A stretch of DNA of 64,000 bases, taken from Azolla caroliniana. Taxonomy: Eukaryota > Plantae > Polypodiophyta. Below the pieces are notes generated by a model. That model saw only the letters and a list, made by a program, of their open reading frames with translations, did not search any database and was not told the origin of the DNA. Positions 1 to 13,796 of the stretch are shown in pieces. The stretch lies in contig JBHGNT010000016.1 in the NCBI GenBank assembly GCA_043228905.1, forward strand, positions 9,052,001 through 9,116,000. The letters run 5' to 3'. The position numbers were made by a program, and so were the translations under genes. Positions within the stretch are counted from its first letter, which is position 1; each line of letters starts with the position of its first letter.

Positions 1-2100
1 TGGTTTATCAAAACTAGAGCACAACTACATTTTTATACTCAATCGCTAGTTTTGCCATCCCTTAAGCCGTTCACCACGATTCCCTTGCTTAGCTCACCAC
101 AACTTAACAACCACATAATGCATACACAAGCTCATATAGAATCAACCATAGTACTGACTGCCGACATCCGCCGACTCTTGCGGGAATTCCTGACGTTATT
201 CCGCAAGACAACGACCACAACACAAATCAATTTGCCTGTTCAACATACAATCCCGACAGTCGTAGGGCAACCAATTCGGATGGCTGCCAGACAACGATCT
301 CCCTTGGATAATCAAAGGATCAATCAAGCAGTAAAAGACATGCTAGACAAGGACATTATAGAGCCATCAAATAGTGATTGGGTCTCAGAACCGCATTTGG
401 TGCACAAGGACGATGGCACCTTTTGTTTTTGCATTGATTTCCGTCCTTTGAATAAGGTTACCAAGCACGACCTATACCCGCTTCCGCGCATAGATGATTT
501 ATTGGATCAAGCCGGGAGGTTCAAATACTTCACATCATTAGACCTCACATCAGGCTATTAGCAGATTCCATTAAGCCCTACTGACAAACACAAAACTGCT
601 TTTAGGACGCAACATGGTTTATTTCAATTTAAAAGAATGCCTTTTGGCCTATCTGATGCTAGTAGCACTTTTCAAAGGATGGCGAATTCAACGACTTGAT
701 CCAAGAAGGAGTGGTACTAGTATACCTAGACGATATTTTGATTCATACACCAGAATGGGAACAACACGTCCACATTCTGAAGGAGGTTCTACATAGGATA
801 CATAAATACAACCTACAACTCCAATAGTAGATATGCCAATGGGGCGCTACTACATTAATATTCTTGGGTTTCATCATATCTACCACAGGAATCAGCATGG
901 ACCCTACCAAGATCAAGGCAATCACTGATTATCCACAGCCGGCAAATGTCAAGTCACTCCAAAGCTTCTTAGGTCTTGTCAACTTCTCTCTCCGGTTTGT
1001 CCCACAACTCGCAACCATCAAACAACCATTACGCCTCTTATTGAAGGACACACCATTCTCTTGGTCCAAGGCTTGCATAGAGAGTTTTCGACAAATCAAA
1101 AGAATCATTCAAGAAGCCACCCAATTAGCATTCCCGGATTTCAGCAAGACATTTTGCCTATAAACGAAATACAGGAATTGGTGTTGTTTTACTATAGCAC
1201 GATCACTCTGATAATTGGCGACCTATCACCTACATTAGCCGAGCTCTCACAAAGGCCGAACTGAACTACTCAACTACAGAAAAGGAATTCCTGGCAGTGG
1301 TTTGGGCCTTCCAAAAGTTTCACCCATATTTGCATGGGACCACAATTCAGGTTGAAACAGACCACCAACCCTTAGTATCATTGATACTCAAGAGCCATCC
1401 ACCGGGTCGTTTATTGTGTTGGGCATTAGCATTACAGGAATACAGATTCACCATGACCTACAGACGTGGCATCACTAATATAGTAGTTGATTCACTATCT
1501 CGCATAGAGCATCAGGCATCCCAGATCGATGTGCAGACCGAGCCGCCAATTTATCCACACCAAGTAGCCGAGCTTCAGCAGAAAGACCCGATGATTAGAG
1601 ACATTATCTTGTGTCTTTAGTGTGGACGAGATCAACATGTCAATCGCAACTTCATCATCATCAATAACATATTACACTTCGTCAATCAAGGACAACCCCC
1701 ACGACTTTATGTCCCAGAAGCGCTACGTTCAACATATTTGGAGTTCTATCACAACAACCAACTAGCCAGACACTTCGGTTTTCATAAATTATTACACCTT
1801 ATAAGATCTATATTCTATTGGCCCAAACTTCGCCATTCAATCTCTCGATTTCTACAAGCATGCCCGACATGCCAATCGATGAAAGTGCCACAACAAGCAT
1901 CCGGCATTCTACAACCTATCATAGTCAAGGAACCCTTTGAATTACTAGGTTGGGATCTAATGGGTTCCTTTCTAACTTCAATAAATGGTAATAAGTATAT
2001 TTTGGTCATGACAAAATATCTCACACATTGGTGTGAAGCAACCGCATTACCAGATGCCACAGCCAAATCGATGGCTCAAGCATTGCTTCACAAAGTAATC
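1..2100 (+). pseudogene. Ty3/gypsy element H: degraded pol (RT, RNase H, integrase N-half)
   Basis: ORF pieces 52-561 (YPLPRIDDLLDQ..YFTSLDLTSGY), 864-1163, 1297-1620 (VETDHQPL) and 1738-2154 (H..H/CPTC zinc finger, WDLMG) in RT-RH-IN order, with multiple stops and frameshifts. Confidence 0.9.
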
Positions 2101-2915
2101 TGTTGTGTAAAGGCGTCCCTCCTTGCGGGGGAGTCGGCCGAAAAGTCGACTTGAGTGTCGACTGGTCGAAATCGGTCTAAAAGCCGATTAGAGTCGAATC
2201 ACTGAAATCGGCCGAAAAACCGAATTACCGAATTTGGTCGAAATTCGGAAAGTAAAAGAATAGTTAGTTGCGAAGAACCGAATCGGGGGTTAGCTAATCG
2301 AATTCGGTGAGAGAGTCAAATTCGTACTCAGTCGAATAGACACACATATACATATACATATGTCTTCTACATTCAAAGAAGAAAATGACTTAGTATATAT
2401 ATGCTGACAGGCCTGGTAGTGCGCCTGTATGTGGGATAACTCACTAAGAGTGAAATAGTGAGAAAAGGGGAAAACCTACATAGCGTATGTGAGGGTGTGA
2501 GATATAGATATATGAGAGAAAAACGAGTAGTGTGTGTGTTGAAAATCTGAGAACGACTGGTTTTTTCTGCACAGTAGTGGTTGTGTAAGAGTATACGTAC
2601 TCAGAAGCAAAGTAAGAAGAAAAGAAGTGTGAAGCAAAAGAGAAAAAGATAGAGAAGCTTCGGAAGCTTCGGAAGGAATAGTCACCTGCGTGCTAGAGTT
2701 TGAAGAGCTTGACTGAAATCGTGGTTTCAGTACATGCTCATACCAAATCAGGTTTCATTGTTCTATGATTGTATTCTGTCATTTCTCATAGTGAAAGCTC
2801 TGTTCCGTGGTTTTTCCCTAAATCAGGGTTTTCCACGTAAATTGTGTGTTCTTTCTTATTTCCTGTTTGCGTCTAAGTTCAATTTCTGATTTCGAATCGG
2901 AGTGAAACTCTTTCA
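2101..2915 (+). repeat. 5' LTR of copia A
   Basis: Starts TGTTGTGTAA, ends CTCTTTCA; near-identical to 6970-7784 (two substitutions seen by eye). Confidence 0.97.
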
Positions 2916-2918
2916 AAC

Positions 2919-2930
2919 TGGTATCAGAGC
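2919..2930 (+). promoter_or_regulatory. Primer-binding site (tRNA-iMet) of copia A
   Basis: TGGTATCAGAGC, 3 nt after the 5' LTR. Confidence 0.95.
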
Positions 2931-2941
2931 ATAGGTTCTAG

Positions 2942-5900
2942 ATGGAAGGGAGCGTGAGTGGCTTTCCTGGGATGATTGTCTTGAACTCACAAAACTATTC
3001 AGATTGGAAGATCAAAATGGAAGATCTCCTAATAGTAAAAGACTTGTATGAGCCTATAGAAAACAAGGATATACCAAAGGGGGTAATAGATTCGGAGTGG
3101 AGAATCCTAAATAGGAAGGCAGTGGCGACCATAAGACAATGTGTAGACATTAGTGTCCTACAACATGTAGCGAGTGACACAAATGCCTTCGAGCTATGGC
3201 ATAAGCTTTCCGCTCTCTATGAAAGGAAAAATGCCTTAAATAAGACCTTCTTGATGAGGAAGATAGTGAGACTGAAGTATGTAGACGGAGAGAGTATAGT
3301 AGAGCACATTAGTGCGTTTATGGGACTAGTGAATCAGTTAGCATCATCAAAGTTCCCATTAGATGATTGTATGCAGGCCACACTATTATTATGTACTCTA
3401 CCCGATAGTTGGGAAAACCTAATAGTAACACTCAACACTTCATGTAAAGAAGACAACTTATCCTTACAAGTAGTAAAAACGACTATTCTAAATGAAGAGA
3501 CAAGAAGAAAGGATAAAAGTGCTTTATCTCAATCGGAGGCTAATGTGACCCAAGAATTTAGTTGAGGTAGAAGAGAACATAGAAGTCTAGAAAATGGGGA
3601 TAGGTTTAGGTCGAAATCTAGAGGAAGACCTACATGTTTTTATTGTGGGAAGCCTGGCCACTTCCAAAAGAATTGTCGACACCTTAGGAAGGACAAAGGC
3701 ATGGCTGATGAGATCGAACCTAGAAAAATCTCCGATGATAAAAATACCTCAGCCATCGCAACTAGTGAGGAAGAGATGTTGTTCATATGTGAACAAGCTA
3801 GTGTGAATCTTGCAAGTGCTGAGAGCTCATGGGTAGTGGATTCCGGTGCATCATTTCACCTAACTCCCAAAAGAGAATGTTTCTCATCCTACACAACGGG
3901 TGACTATGGTCATGTAAAGATGGGAAATGACGGGGAATGCAAGATTGTGGGCATAGGAACTGTGTGCTTGCTAACATCTACAGGCTGCAGGTTAATGTTG
4001 AAGGATGTACGTCATGTTCCGGATGTCAGGTTGAACTTGATATCGGCTGGACGGCTAGACGATGAAGGGTACAACGGTGGCTTCCAAAATGGTTCATGGA
4101 AGTTCTGTAAAGGGAGCCTGATCGTGGCTCGAGCCCAAAAACAGAACACACTATATGTAATGCATGGGAAGTTGTGTCGAGAGGAAGCAAATGTAGTGGC
4201 TGGCTCAGATGGTGAGTTGTGGCATAAAAGGCTCGGACATATGAGTGAAAGGGGAATGCATATCCTTGCGGAAAAGGATTTCCTACCAGAGGTGAAAGGA
4301 GTACATTTGGAAAAGTGTGTGGATTGCCTGGCTGGAAAACAAAATAGAATAGCGTTTCACTCTAGGCCTCCAATGAGGAGAGAGCATGCCTTAGAGTTGG
4401 TTCACACCGATGTATGTTATGTTGATGCCCCATCTCATCGTGGAGGACAATACTTTGTCACATTTATTGATGACTTCAGTAGGAAAGTGTGGGCTTATGT
4501 GCTGGTGTCTAAAGATCAAGTGTTGTCGGTCTTTAAAGAGTTTCATGCCAGGGCAGAAAGAGAATCCGGACAGAAGCTGAAGGCTGTCCGGACAGATAAC
4601 GGTGGCGAATATAGAGGCCAATTTGAGATGTATTGCAAGACTCAAGGCATCAAACTTGAGTATACGGTGCCGAAGACACCTGAGCTAAATGGTCTAGCAG
4701 AAAGAATGAATCGAACCATAATGGAAAGGGTAAGAAGCATGTTGGCACATGCAAAATTGCCAAAATCATATTGGGCTGAAGCAATGTTGACGGTTGTTTA
4801 TCTCATAAACAGGTCTCCATCAGTGCCTTTGAAGGGGGATGTACCACAAAGAGTGTGAACAAGAAGAAATGTGTCTTATCAGCACTTAAAGGTGTTTGGA
4901 TGTTTGGCCTATGTACATGTTGCTAAAGATCAGAGGTCAAAACTGGACAACAAGTCCAAACCCTGTATATTCTTGGGGTACTCGGAAGACGAGTTCGGGT
5001 ACAGAATGTGGGATCTCCTTGACAAGAAATTGATAAGAAGTCGAGATGTCATATTCATGGAAGACAAGACAATCGAGGACTGGGAGCAACAAAGACCAGA
5101 GTCGTCTCCCAAATCGATCACTGCTATGGAGTCAATACTAGTCGATCCGACTCCCACACAACAATCGGCTAATGAAATTGAATTTGAGTCGGTCGACACC
5201 CAACAACAATCTGAGTCAGTCGACACCCAACATCTGACTGATACACACGAATTGGAGTCGGAAGATGAGTTGCTGGAAGAAAACGGCCATCAGCCAATTA
5301 TTGAAGGGAGAAGATATCCACGAAGACAAAGGAAGGTCTCTTCTAGATATCCAGCAAGTCAATATGTTCTCTTGACTGATGAAGGGGAACCAGAATGCTA
5401 TGAAGAGGCCATGACTGATGTACACAAGGAGAAATGGTATAATGCCATGCAAGAAGAAATGGATTCCTTGCATGAGAACCTAACTTATGAGCTGATGGAG
5501 TTGCCTGATGGTAAGAAGGCACTTAGAAACAAATGGGTCTACAAATTAAAGACTGGTGAAGATGGTAGTACACCCAGGTATAAGGCCCGTATCGTCGTAA
5601 AGGGTTTCCAACAGAAAAAGGGTGTTGACTTTGATGAGATTTTTGCCCCAGTTGTAAAAATGACCTCTATTCGGATTGTCTTGAGTATGGCCGCTAGTAT
5701 GAATCTTGAAATTGAACAACTAGATGTTAAAACAGCCTTCTTGCATGGTGAGCTAGAAGAGGAAATCTATATGCAACAACCGGAGGGCTTTGAGGTAAAA
5801 GGAAAAGAAAATCTCGTGTGTAGGTTGAAGAAAATCTTGTATGGTTTAAAGCAAGCTCCACGACAATGGTATAAGAAATTTGAGTCCTTCATGTTGGAAC

Positions 5901-6979
5901 ATGGATTCCACAAAACACAAGCTGATCATTGTGTATTTGTGAAAAGGTATAATGAGGGTGACTTTCTTATTCTGTTGTTGTATGTGGATGATATGTTGGT
6001 TGTTGGACAGGATGTCAAAAAGATTGCAAGCTTGAAGAAATCATTGAGCAAATCATTTGCCATGAAAGACTTAGGACCGGCAAAACAGATTTTGGGAATG
6101 CATATAGTCCGGGACAGGACTGAAAACTTGCTATGGCTGTCACAAGAGAAATATGTGACAAAAGTTTTGCAAAGGTTTAATATGTGCGATGCAAAATCAG
6201 TCGGATCTCCATTGCCAATGGACTGTAAGTTAAATTCAGGACAATGTCCGAAATCTGAGAAAGATAAGGCAGAGATGAGAAGAGTGTCGTATGCCTCTGC
6301 GGTTGGTAGCCTTATGTATGCTATGGTTTGCACAAGGCCGGACATTGCATTTGCTGTCGGGACAGTTAGTCGATACATGGGAAATCCTGGAAGGGAGCAT
6401 TGGGAAGCTGTGAAATGGATTCTTAGATACCTCAAAGGAACTTCGAATGTATGTCTTAGATATGGCTCCGGGAAACCTGTGCTAGAAGGTTTTACAGATT
6501 CTGACATGTCGGGTGATGTAGATTCTAGCCGATCCACATCAGGGTATGTGATGACGTATTCAGGGGGAACTGTGTCATGGCAATCAAGATTGCAAAAGGT
6601 TGTGGCTTTGTCTACCACCGAAGCTGAGTATATGGCTGCAGTGGAAGCCGGAAAAGAACTGATTTGGATGAGAGAGTTCTTGAATGAACTAGGATTGAAG
6701 CAAGACAAGTACTTACTTCATTGTGACAATCAAAGTGCTATCCATCTGGCTAAAAATGCTACCTACCACTCTCGTACAAAGCACATTCAAAGAAGGTACC
6801 ATTGGTTAAGAGAAAGAGTGGAAGAAAATGAGTTTGTTCTATCTAAGATCCCCACTGAAGAAAATGGCTCAGACATGCTCACAAAAATTTTGCCTATGGA
6901 AAAACTTGTTGCATGCTGGAATAAGATTGGCTTGGTTGGTTCTCCCCCTACAGGAGTGAAGGGGGAGTTTGTTGTGTAA
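2942..6979 (+). pseudogene. Copia A gag-pol polyprotein with two in-frame TGA stops (3563-3565, 4856-4858)
   Basis: ORFs 2942-3565, 3701-4858 and 4871-6979 share one frame. Motifs: CFYCGKPGHFQKNC knuckle, WVVDSGAS protease, LELVHTDVC integrase, YVDD RT, CDNQSAI RNase H. Confidence 0.95.
6953..6967 (+). promoter_or_regulatory. Polypurine tract of copia A
   Basis: GGAGTGAAGGGGGAG, 2 nt before the 3' LTR. Confidence 0.9.
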
Positions 6980-7784
6980 AGGCGTCCCTCCTTGCGGGGG
7001 AGTCGGCCGAAAAGTCGACTTGAGTGTCGACTGGTCGAAATCGGTCTAAAAGCCGATTAGAGTCGAATCACTGAAATCGGCCGAAAAACCGAATTACCGA
7101 ATTTGGTCGAAATTCGGAAAGTAAAAGAATAGTCAGTTGCAAAGAACCGAATCGGGGGTTAGCTAATCGAATTCGGTGAGAGAGTCAAATTCGTACTCAG
7201 TCGAATAGACACACATATACATATACATATGTCTTCTACATTCAAAGAAGAAAATGACTTAGTATATATATGCTGACAGGCCTGGTAGTGCGCCTGTATG
7301 TGGGATAACTCACTAAGAGTGAAATAGTGAGAAAAGGGGAAAACCTACATAGCGTATGTGAGGGTGTGAGATATAGATATATGAGAGAAAAACGAGTAGT
7401 GTGTGTGTTGAAAATCTGAGAACGACTGGTTTTTTCTGCACAGTAGTGGTTGTGTAAGAGTATACGTACTCAGAAGCAAAGTAAGAAGAAAAGAAGTGTG
7501 AAGCAAAAGAGAAAAAGATAGAGAAGCTTCGGAAGCTTCGGAAGGAATAGTCACCTGCGTGCTAGAGTTTGAAGAGCTTGACTGAAATCGTGGTTTCAGT
7601 ACATGCTCATACCAAATCAGGTTTCATTGTTCTATGATTGTATTCTGTCATTTCTCATAGTGAAAGCTCTGTTCCGTGGTTTTTCCCTAAATCAGGGTTT
7701 TCCACGTAAATTGTGTGTTCTTTCTTATTTCCTGTTTGCGTCTAAGTTCAATTTCTGATTTCGAATCGGAGTGAAACTCTTTCA
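6970..7784 (+). repeat. 3' LTR of copia A
   Basis: Direct repeat of 2101-2915. Confidence 0.97.
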
Positions 7785-8510
7785 TAATCTTCCCTCATGG
7801 ATGCCCTCAACAACTTTTATCCGATCAGGGATCACAATTTCGCAGCGGGGTTCTTCAAGTGCTCAGCCATAGTTTGGGAATTAAGCAAGTGTTTACATCA
7901 CCCTATCATCCACAAACAAATGGTTTGACGGAACGCATGAATAAGACAATTAAACAGGTTATTTCAGCATATGTGGATCCGTTGCATCAGTCATGGGATC
8001 AAGTTTTGCCCTTCACCGTTCACGCATACAACACCTCGGTCCAAACATCCACCAAGATCAGCCCTTTTCGAGCTTTGTACGGCTACGACCCGCGCCTCCC
8101 ACCAAATTTCCATAACATCAAAGTGCAACCCCAAAAGAATGACGCAACTGAATGGTGTCTTCATCTCCAACTCCATCAACCACCGCTTCGACGTGCTCTC
8201 CAACACAATTTACGTATGGCACAACACAGACAAAAGAAATACTATGATGCATCTCATACGCCGATGGAACTACAGATTGGAGAGAGTGTCAGAGTTTATT
8301 ATCCAATCCGCAAGCCCGGACTCTGCAAATCCCTCATGCATCATTGGCTCGGGCCATACACAGCCACGGCACGCATTGGCACATAGACGTATCATTTGCG
8401 GCAGACAACCAATTCATCCGAAACAGTCACCCATATCAGTCGAATCAAGCGCATACCTTCAATTGATGCTCCCCCACGCTCGGATTGGGCCGCAACCAAA
8501 TGATGATTAG
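7785..8510 (+). pseudogene. Gypsy H integrase C-half (resumes after copia A)
   Basis: SDQGSQF and TSPYHPQTNGLTERMN rve core, plus WLGPY (GPY/F) motif in ORF 7859-8386. Confidence 0.9.
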
Positions 8511-8584
8511 GCATTATACAATCTAACCATAATTACAAGGTGTCCCCATAGTAAGAATGTACCACCATCGTTCACCCTTTTCTC

Positions 8585-8776
8585 AAAAGAGGGAGGTGTC
8601 ATATATGTATGACGTGGCAGTTCTTGAACCAAACTTATGGTCTGCCAAGATAGATAAACGGTTAGTTTAAGTAGGAACCAAGAACGCAAGTGATGTAATA
8701 AGATACTCTAAATAGAGATGCAAACCAGAGGCTGAGGCACTGGTTATTTTGGGTGAATCACTCTGAGTATTTTACA
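8585..8776 (+). repeat. Putative PPT (8585-8596) and short 3' LTR (8597-~8776) of gypsy H
   Basis: AAAAGAGGGAGG directly followed by TGTCAT; possible end TTTACA at 8776. No second copy in the window, so the right end is uncertain. Confidence 0.5.
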
Positions 8777-8799
8777 ATATGTATACAAATCTTCATACT

Positions 8800-10773
8800 T
8801 ACAATTTACAAACGAGTTACATATATGTATATACACATGCACACACACATAAATCAATTAGATATTACATAGCATATAATCCATACCTATTACACAATAT
8901 GTATACAAGTTTACACATACATATATAGATACATACATAGATATATTACATATGTACATACATATTCCACATATCACCATATATATAGATTATATTGGAC
9001 CATACAAACCACAATAGTTACATACGCGCGCGCACACACACACATTAGATATATGTATACTTACACATACATTGGATATATACATGCATATTGCGTATAT
9101 ATTACAAACATACATCCATATACGAGCCATATACATACTAAACATGAAAATATCCCAAAAATATACATACATATATACACATACATACATTCATACATTT
9201 ACATACATATGACCACCTTCACATACATACATTGGATATATACACATACATACATTCATACATTTACATACATATGACCACCTTCACATACATACATTGG
9301 ATATATACATACATATTATGCACGTATTACAAACACATTCATACTCATTGAATGATGTATATTGACATATACATATATGTATACACATACATACATTACA
9401 TATGTACATACATGTTCCACATATCACCATATATATACATACATATGCATGCAATGTTATAAGTTTTACAAACAGACATCTGCACACATAAATACATTAC
9501 ATACACATATATACATACATTACATATGTATATACATATCATCACCAACTACAATAAATACATATATACATGTACACATACATAAATATTACAAACAAAC
9601 ATCCAGACACTCATGTATGCATATATCCGACCATTGTTACACATACATACATTAATGATTACATACTACATATATACACATATGTACATTCATGCATGTA
9701 CATACATACATTGCATATGCATATATTACAATCACACACTCATATACATTGAATCATGTACATTGACATATGCATACACATATGTACATTCATACATGGA
9801 CATACCTATATTCATTTATACATGATACATATACATACATTAGATATATACTTAAATATTATGCACATATTACAATCACACATCCATACACATTGAATCA
9901 TGTACATTGTCATATGAATATATGCATACACATACATACATGCATCCGTACACATACACACACATACATATACACATACACACATACACACATATACACA
10001 TACATACATACGTACATATATACGTACATATATACATACATACATACATACATACATACATTACATATGGATATATGCATACACAACATACATTACATAT
10101 ATACATTCGTACATGGACATATATATATATATATATTCATTTATACATTGCTACATATACAGACACATATATACATTAGATATATACATAGTTATTATGC
10201 ACATATTACAATCACACATCCATACACATTGAATCATGTACATTTACATATGCATATATGCATACACATACATACATACATACATACATACATGACATAT
10301 GCATATATGCATACCCATATGTACATTCATACATGGACATACATATACATACACATACATACATATATTAGATATACACACACATACATACATATATATA
10401 TTACACATACACATACATACACATATTAGATATACACACACACATACATATATATATTACACATACACATACACATACACATACACATACATATTACAAA
10501 CAAACATCCACACACACATATATGCACATATGCATACACATACAAATATACATACATTACATATGTACATTCATACATGGGCATGCATATATTCATTTAT
10601 ACATTGCTACATGTATATACGTACTTATGGTTACAATGATACGTGTATAAATTTTACAAACATACACTCATACACATACATACATACATAACATATTGCA
10701 TATACACGTATGTACATTCATACATAGATAAATTACATATTATATATTAGATATATACACATATTATGTATGT

Positions 10774-10808
<35 letters not shown>

Positions 10809-11015
10809 TTCATACATTCATACATTCATACATACATACATACATTACATATTACATATTAGATATATAAATATATGTATGTATACATATATATATTCAT
10901 TCATACATACATACATTCATGCAAGCATACATATATTCATGCATTCAAATTTCATATATTCAGTCATTCATAGATACATACATTCATAGTCAACATAACA
11001 TTCATACATTCACAC
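8800..11015. repeat. Long degenerate (CA/TA/CATA)n microsatellite tract
   Basis: About 2.2 kb dominated by CATA, CA and TA units, with local internal duplications. Confidence 0.95.
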
Positions 11016-11110
11016 TTTTTAATTTTGAGTTTTGCCGCCTAATCCTGCCTCCTCTACTCTCTTGGTTTTGATGCCTCTGTTCTCCTCTTTGTTGTTGCCT
11101 CTATTCTCCT

Positions 11111-13423
11111 CGATTGTGATGGTGTTATCACTAGAGCCTAAAAATGGTTTTAGACGACTAACGTGAAAAACAGGATGAATACCAATGTTACGGGGTAAGG
11201 CAAGGTGATAAGCAGATGACCCAACCCGCTTAAGGATTTCAAATGGGCCACAATATCGTGGGGCTAACTTAGCGCACTTGCCCGTAGACAATGACGTAGA
11301 GTCAGTAGGGACACGCAAAAAAACTTTTTGACAAATAGTAAATGCACGAGGATGTCTATCCTGATCAACATAAAATTGAGCACAATCTTGAGCTGTCTTG
11401 ACATTCTCTTTGGCAATATGCAACATTTGGTTCATGTCTTGCAAAAAAATTCGTGTATTGTCTAATGTATCACGATGAATCGTGACATCAACTAGGGCAG
11501 GTGGTTGAAAACCATACATCAACATAAAAGGACTATATCCAGTGGATATATGTTTAGAGCTATTATAGGCAAATTCTAAGATAGGAAGGTATGGTTCCCA
11601 CTTAGAAGGGGTTTTTGCTACATAAGCTCGAAGCATGTCCTCAATCATTTGATTAACTCGTTCAGTTTGTCCATCAGACTGAGGATGATCTGCAGAACTC
11701 ATGCTCAACGTAGTTTCTAGTTTCTTAAAGACTTGAGTCCAAAACTCACTAGTAAACTTGGAATCTCGATCACTAACAATATCCATCGGTAATCTATAAA
11801 AACGAAATAACTCATCAACAAATTGATAAGCCAATTGTTGAGCGGTTACCGTGGTTTTGGTAGAAATAAATCTAGCCAATTTTGTTAGTCTGTCAACGAC
11901 AACCCAAATGGCATCATGACCCCTCTGTGTACAAGGTAAACTAACAATAAAATCCATTGAGATACTTTCCCATTTGTTGTTGGGAATATCTAAGGGATGT
12001 AAAAGACCCACAGCTTTAAGTCGTTCCGACTTATTAATCTGACATTGCAAGCATTGAGTTATGTATTTATGCACGTTAGAGCGCATCTTAGGCCAGAAAA
12101 AAGTACTCGAGATGATAACGAGTGTGCGTTGTATTCCAGGATGACCAGCAGATGGTGCATCATGACATTCATGAAGAATTTTCTATTTTACGTTTGGTAA
12201 ATCTGGAACACAGACCTTTCCACTACGATAGAGCAAACCGTTTGTAATGTGAAAGGTTGCCTTTGAGGGTAGGGTGCTAGTATCGGCATCTACACCAAAT
12301 TCGGCTTTCGTCTAGTATTTCGAAAAATAACTGTCATCAAGGTATTTCCCTCGAAGGTGATCTAAAATATCATATTTTATTTCCGTGAGGCTAAGAATGT
12401 TAACTTCTTTAATGCGACTAAGAGCATCCGCAACAGTGTTCATAGAACCCTTGCGATACCGTATGGAAAATCAAAATCTTGCATAAGGTCAGCCCAACGA
12501 GCTTTACGACCAACAAGTTCTAGCTGGTCACAAAAATACTTCAATGATTGATGGTCTGTTGTAACCACAAATTTATTTCCATAGAGATAGTGCCTCCATG
12601 TTTTAAGTGCATGTATTACCGTAAACAACTCTTTCTCTTGAACTGAATACCAAGATTGAGTAGCATCAAGCTTCTCACTTTCAAAAGCAATAGGGTGACC
12701 GCCTTGATAAAGAACGGCACCAATAGCATAATCACTAGCATTGGTTTCAATTGAGAAAGGCTTAGAAGGGTCCGGTAATAGAAGAGTGGGAGCTAGACAC
12801 ACATGCTCTTTGAGTGTCTCAAATGATTTGTCAAGTTGTTCATTCCATGCAATTGGTTTGACAGACTTACGTGGATGACCTTTTAAAAGGTCAATTAATG
12901 ACGTAGTCAATTTGGAATAGTTACGAATTTATTTTCGTAAAAATCCAACAAACCCTAAGAATGATCGTAGTTCACGAATATTACGAGGAATGGGCCAAAG
13001 TTTCCTTTTCAATACGAGAAGGTTCAATTTCAACACCATTTTCCGTAATTAAATTACCTAGGTAGACAATAGATTTTTGGAAAAAATCACATTTTGAATG
13101 TTTTGCATAGAAAGAGTTGTCACGCAACTTTTGCAAAACAAATCAAACATGTTGAACATGATCTTGCAAGGTACGGCTATATATCAAAATATCATCCAAG
13201 AAGACGACAACAAAATCACCGAGTTGATCTCGAAAAACGTCATTCATCGCTTGTTGGAATGTGGCTGGAGCATTAGTCAACCCAAAAGGACAGACTAAAA
13301 ACTCATAATGGCCATAGCGCGTACGAAAAGCGGTTTTAGGAATATCATCCTCGGCAATGTGAATCTGATGATAACCTGTCCGTAAGTCAATTTTCGTAAA
13401 ATATCGGGCCCCATGCAAAGGAT
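11111..13423 (-). pseudogene. Chromovirus (Ty3/gypsy) copy 1: RT-RH-IN portion, 3'-truncated before the chromodomain
   Basis: Closely matches 59232-61546 (VFLDD RT, VTTDHQSL RH, HPQSDGQTERVN IN). Homology stops at GATTGTGATGG near 11111. Confidence 0.92.
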
Positions 13424-13796
13424 TGTCAAAGATTGCTTGCGGAAGCATTAGAAAGAACAAAACACTAAGAGAGAGAGAGAGAGTACTCTGTGTTCTCTGT
13501 CTGTATCTACAACGCGCTCCTCAGCGCTATTTATACAAGTCCACACGGGACTGTTAGAAGTACGGTGTATTTCAATGCTCACACGAGCATCTGACACTAA
13601 CTATGAGACTATAACTGCCTAGTAGTCTAACCTATACTAGGCTTCTGGTTACGGATTGGATCCGGCATACCGGCTCCCCAGCTCACCGGTCCTTACTGCT
13701 TACCGGCTCGGTTGCTCACCGGCATACCGATTCATCTCGCTTACCGGCCCAGGCTTATTCAGGCGATCCGGCTCCGGTTGAGCTTGCCGCTCAACA
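13424..13796 (-). repeat. 3' LTR of copia B
   Basis: TG...CA termini (minus strand TGTTGAG...TTTGACA), preceded on the minus strand by PPT CTTGAGGGGGAG (13797-13808). Confidence 0.8.

Larger units (their letters stand above)
2101..7784 (+). mobile_element. Full-length Ty1/copia LTR retrotransposon A, inserted in the integrase of gypsy H
   Basis: 815-bp direct LTRs (TG...CA), TSD TAATC at 2096-2100 and 7785-7789, iMet PBS, PPT, and gag-PR-IN-RT-RH order. Confidence 0.97.

Noticed and set aside
2476-2685. Identical 69-aa ORF here and at 7345-7554
   Set aside because: Duplicated only because it lies in the LTRs; low-complexity and no ATG start.
5926-6708. 260-aa antisense ORF
   Set aside because: Shadow frame of the copia RT/RNase H, which is common opposite these genes.
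8990-10691. Many H/T/Y/I- or C/V/M/Y-rich ORFs
   Set aside because: Translations of the CA/TA microsatellite; no coding signal.
11019-11110. Novel C-terminal tail (EENRGNNKEENRG..) fused to integrase
   Set aside because: Chance read-through across the truncation junction of a dead element.
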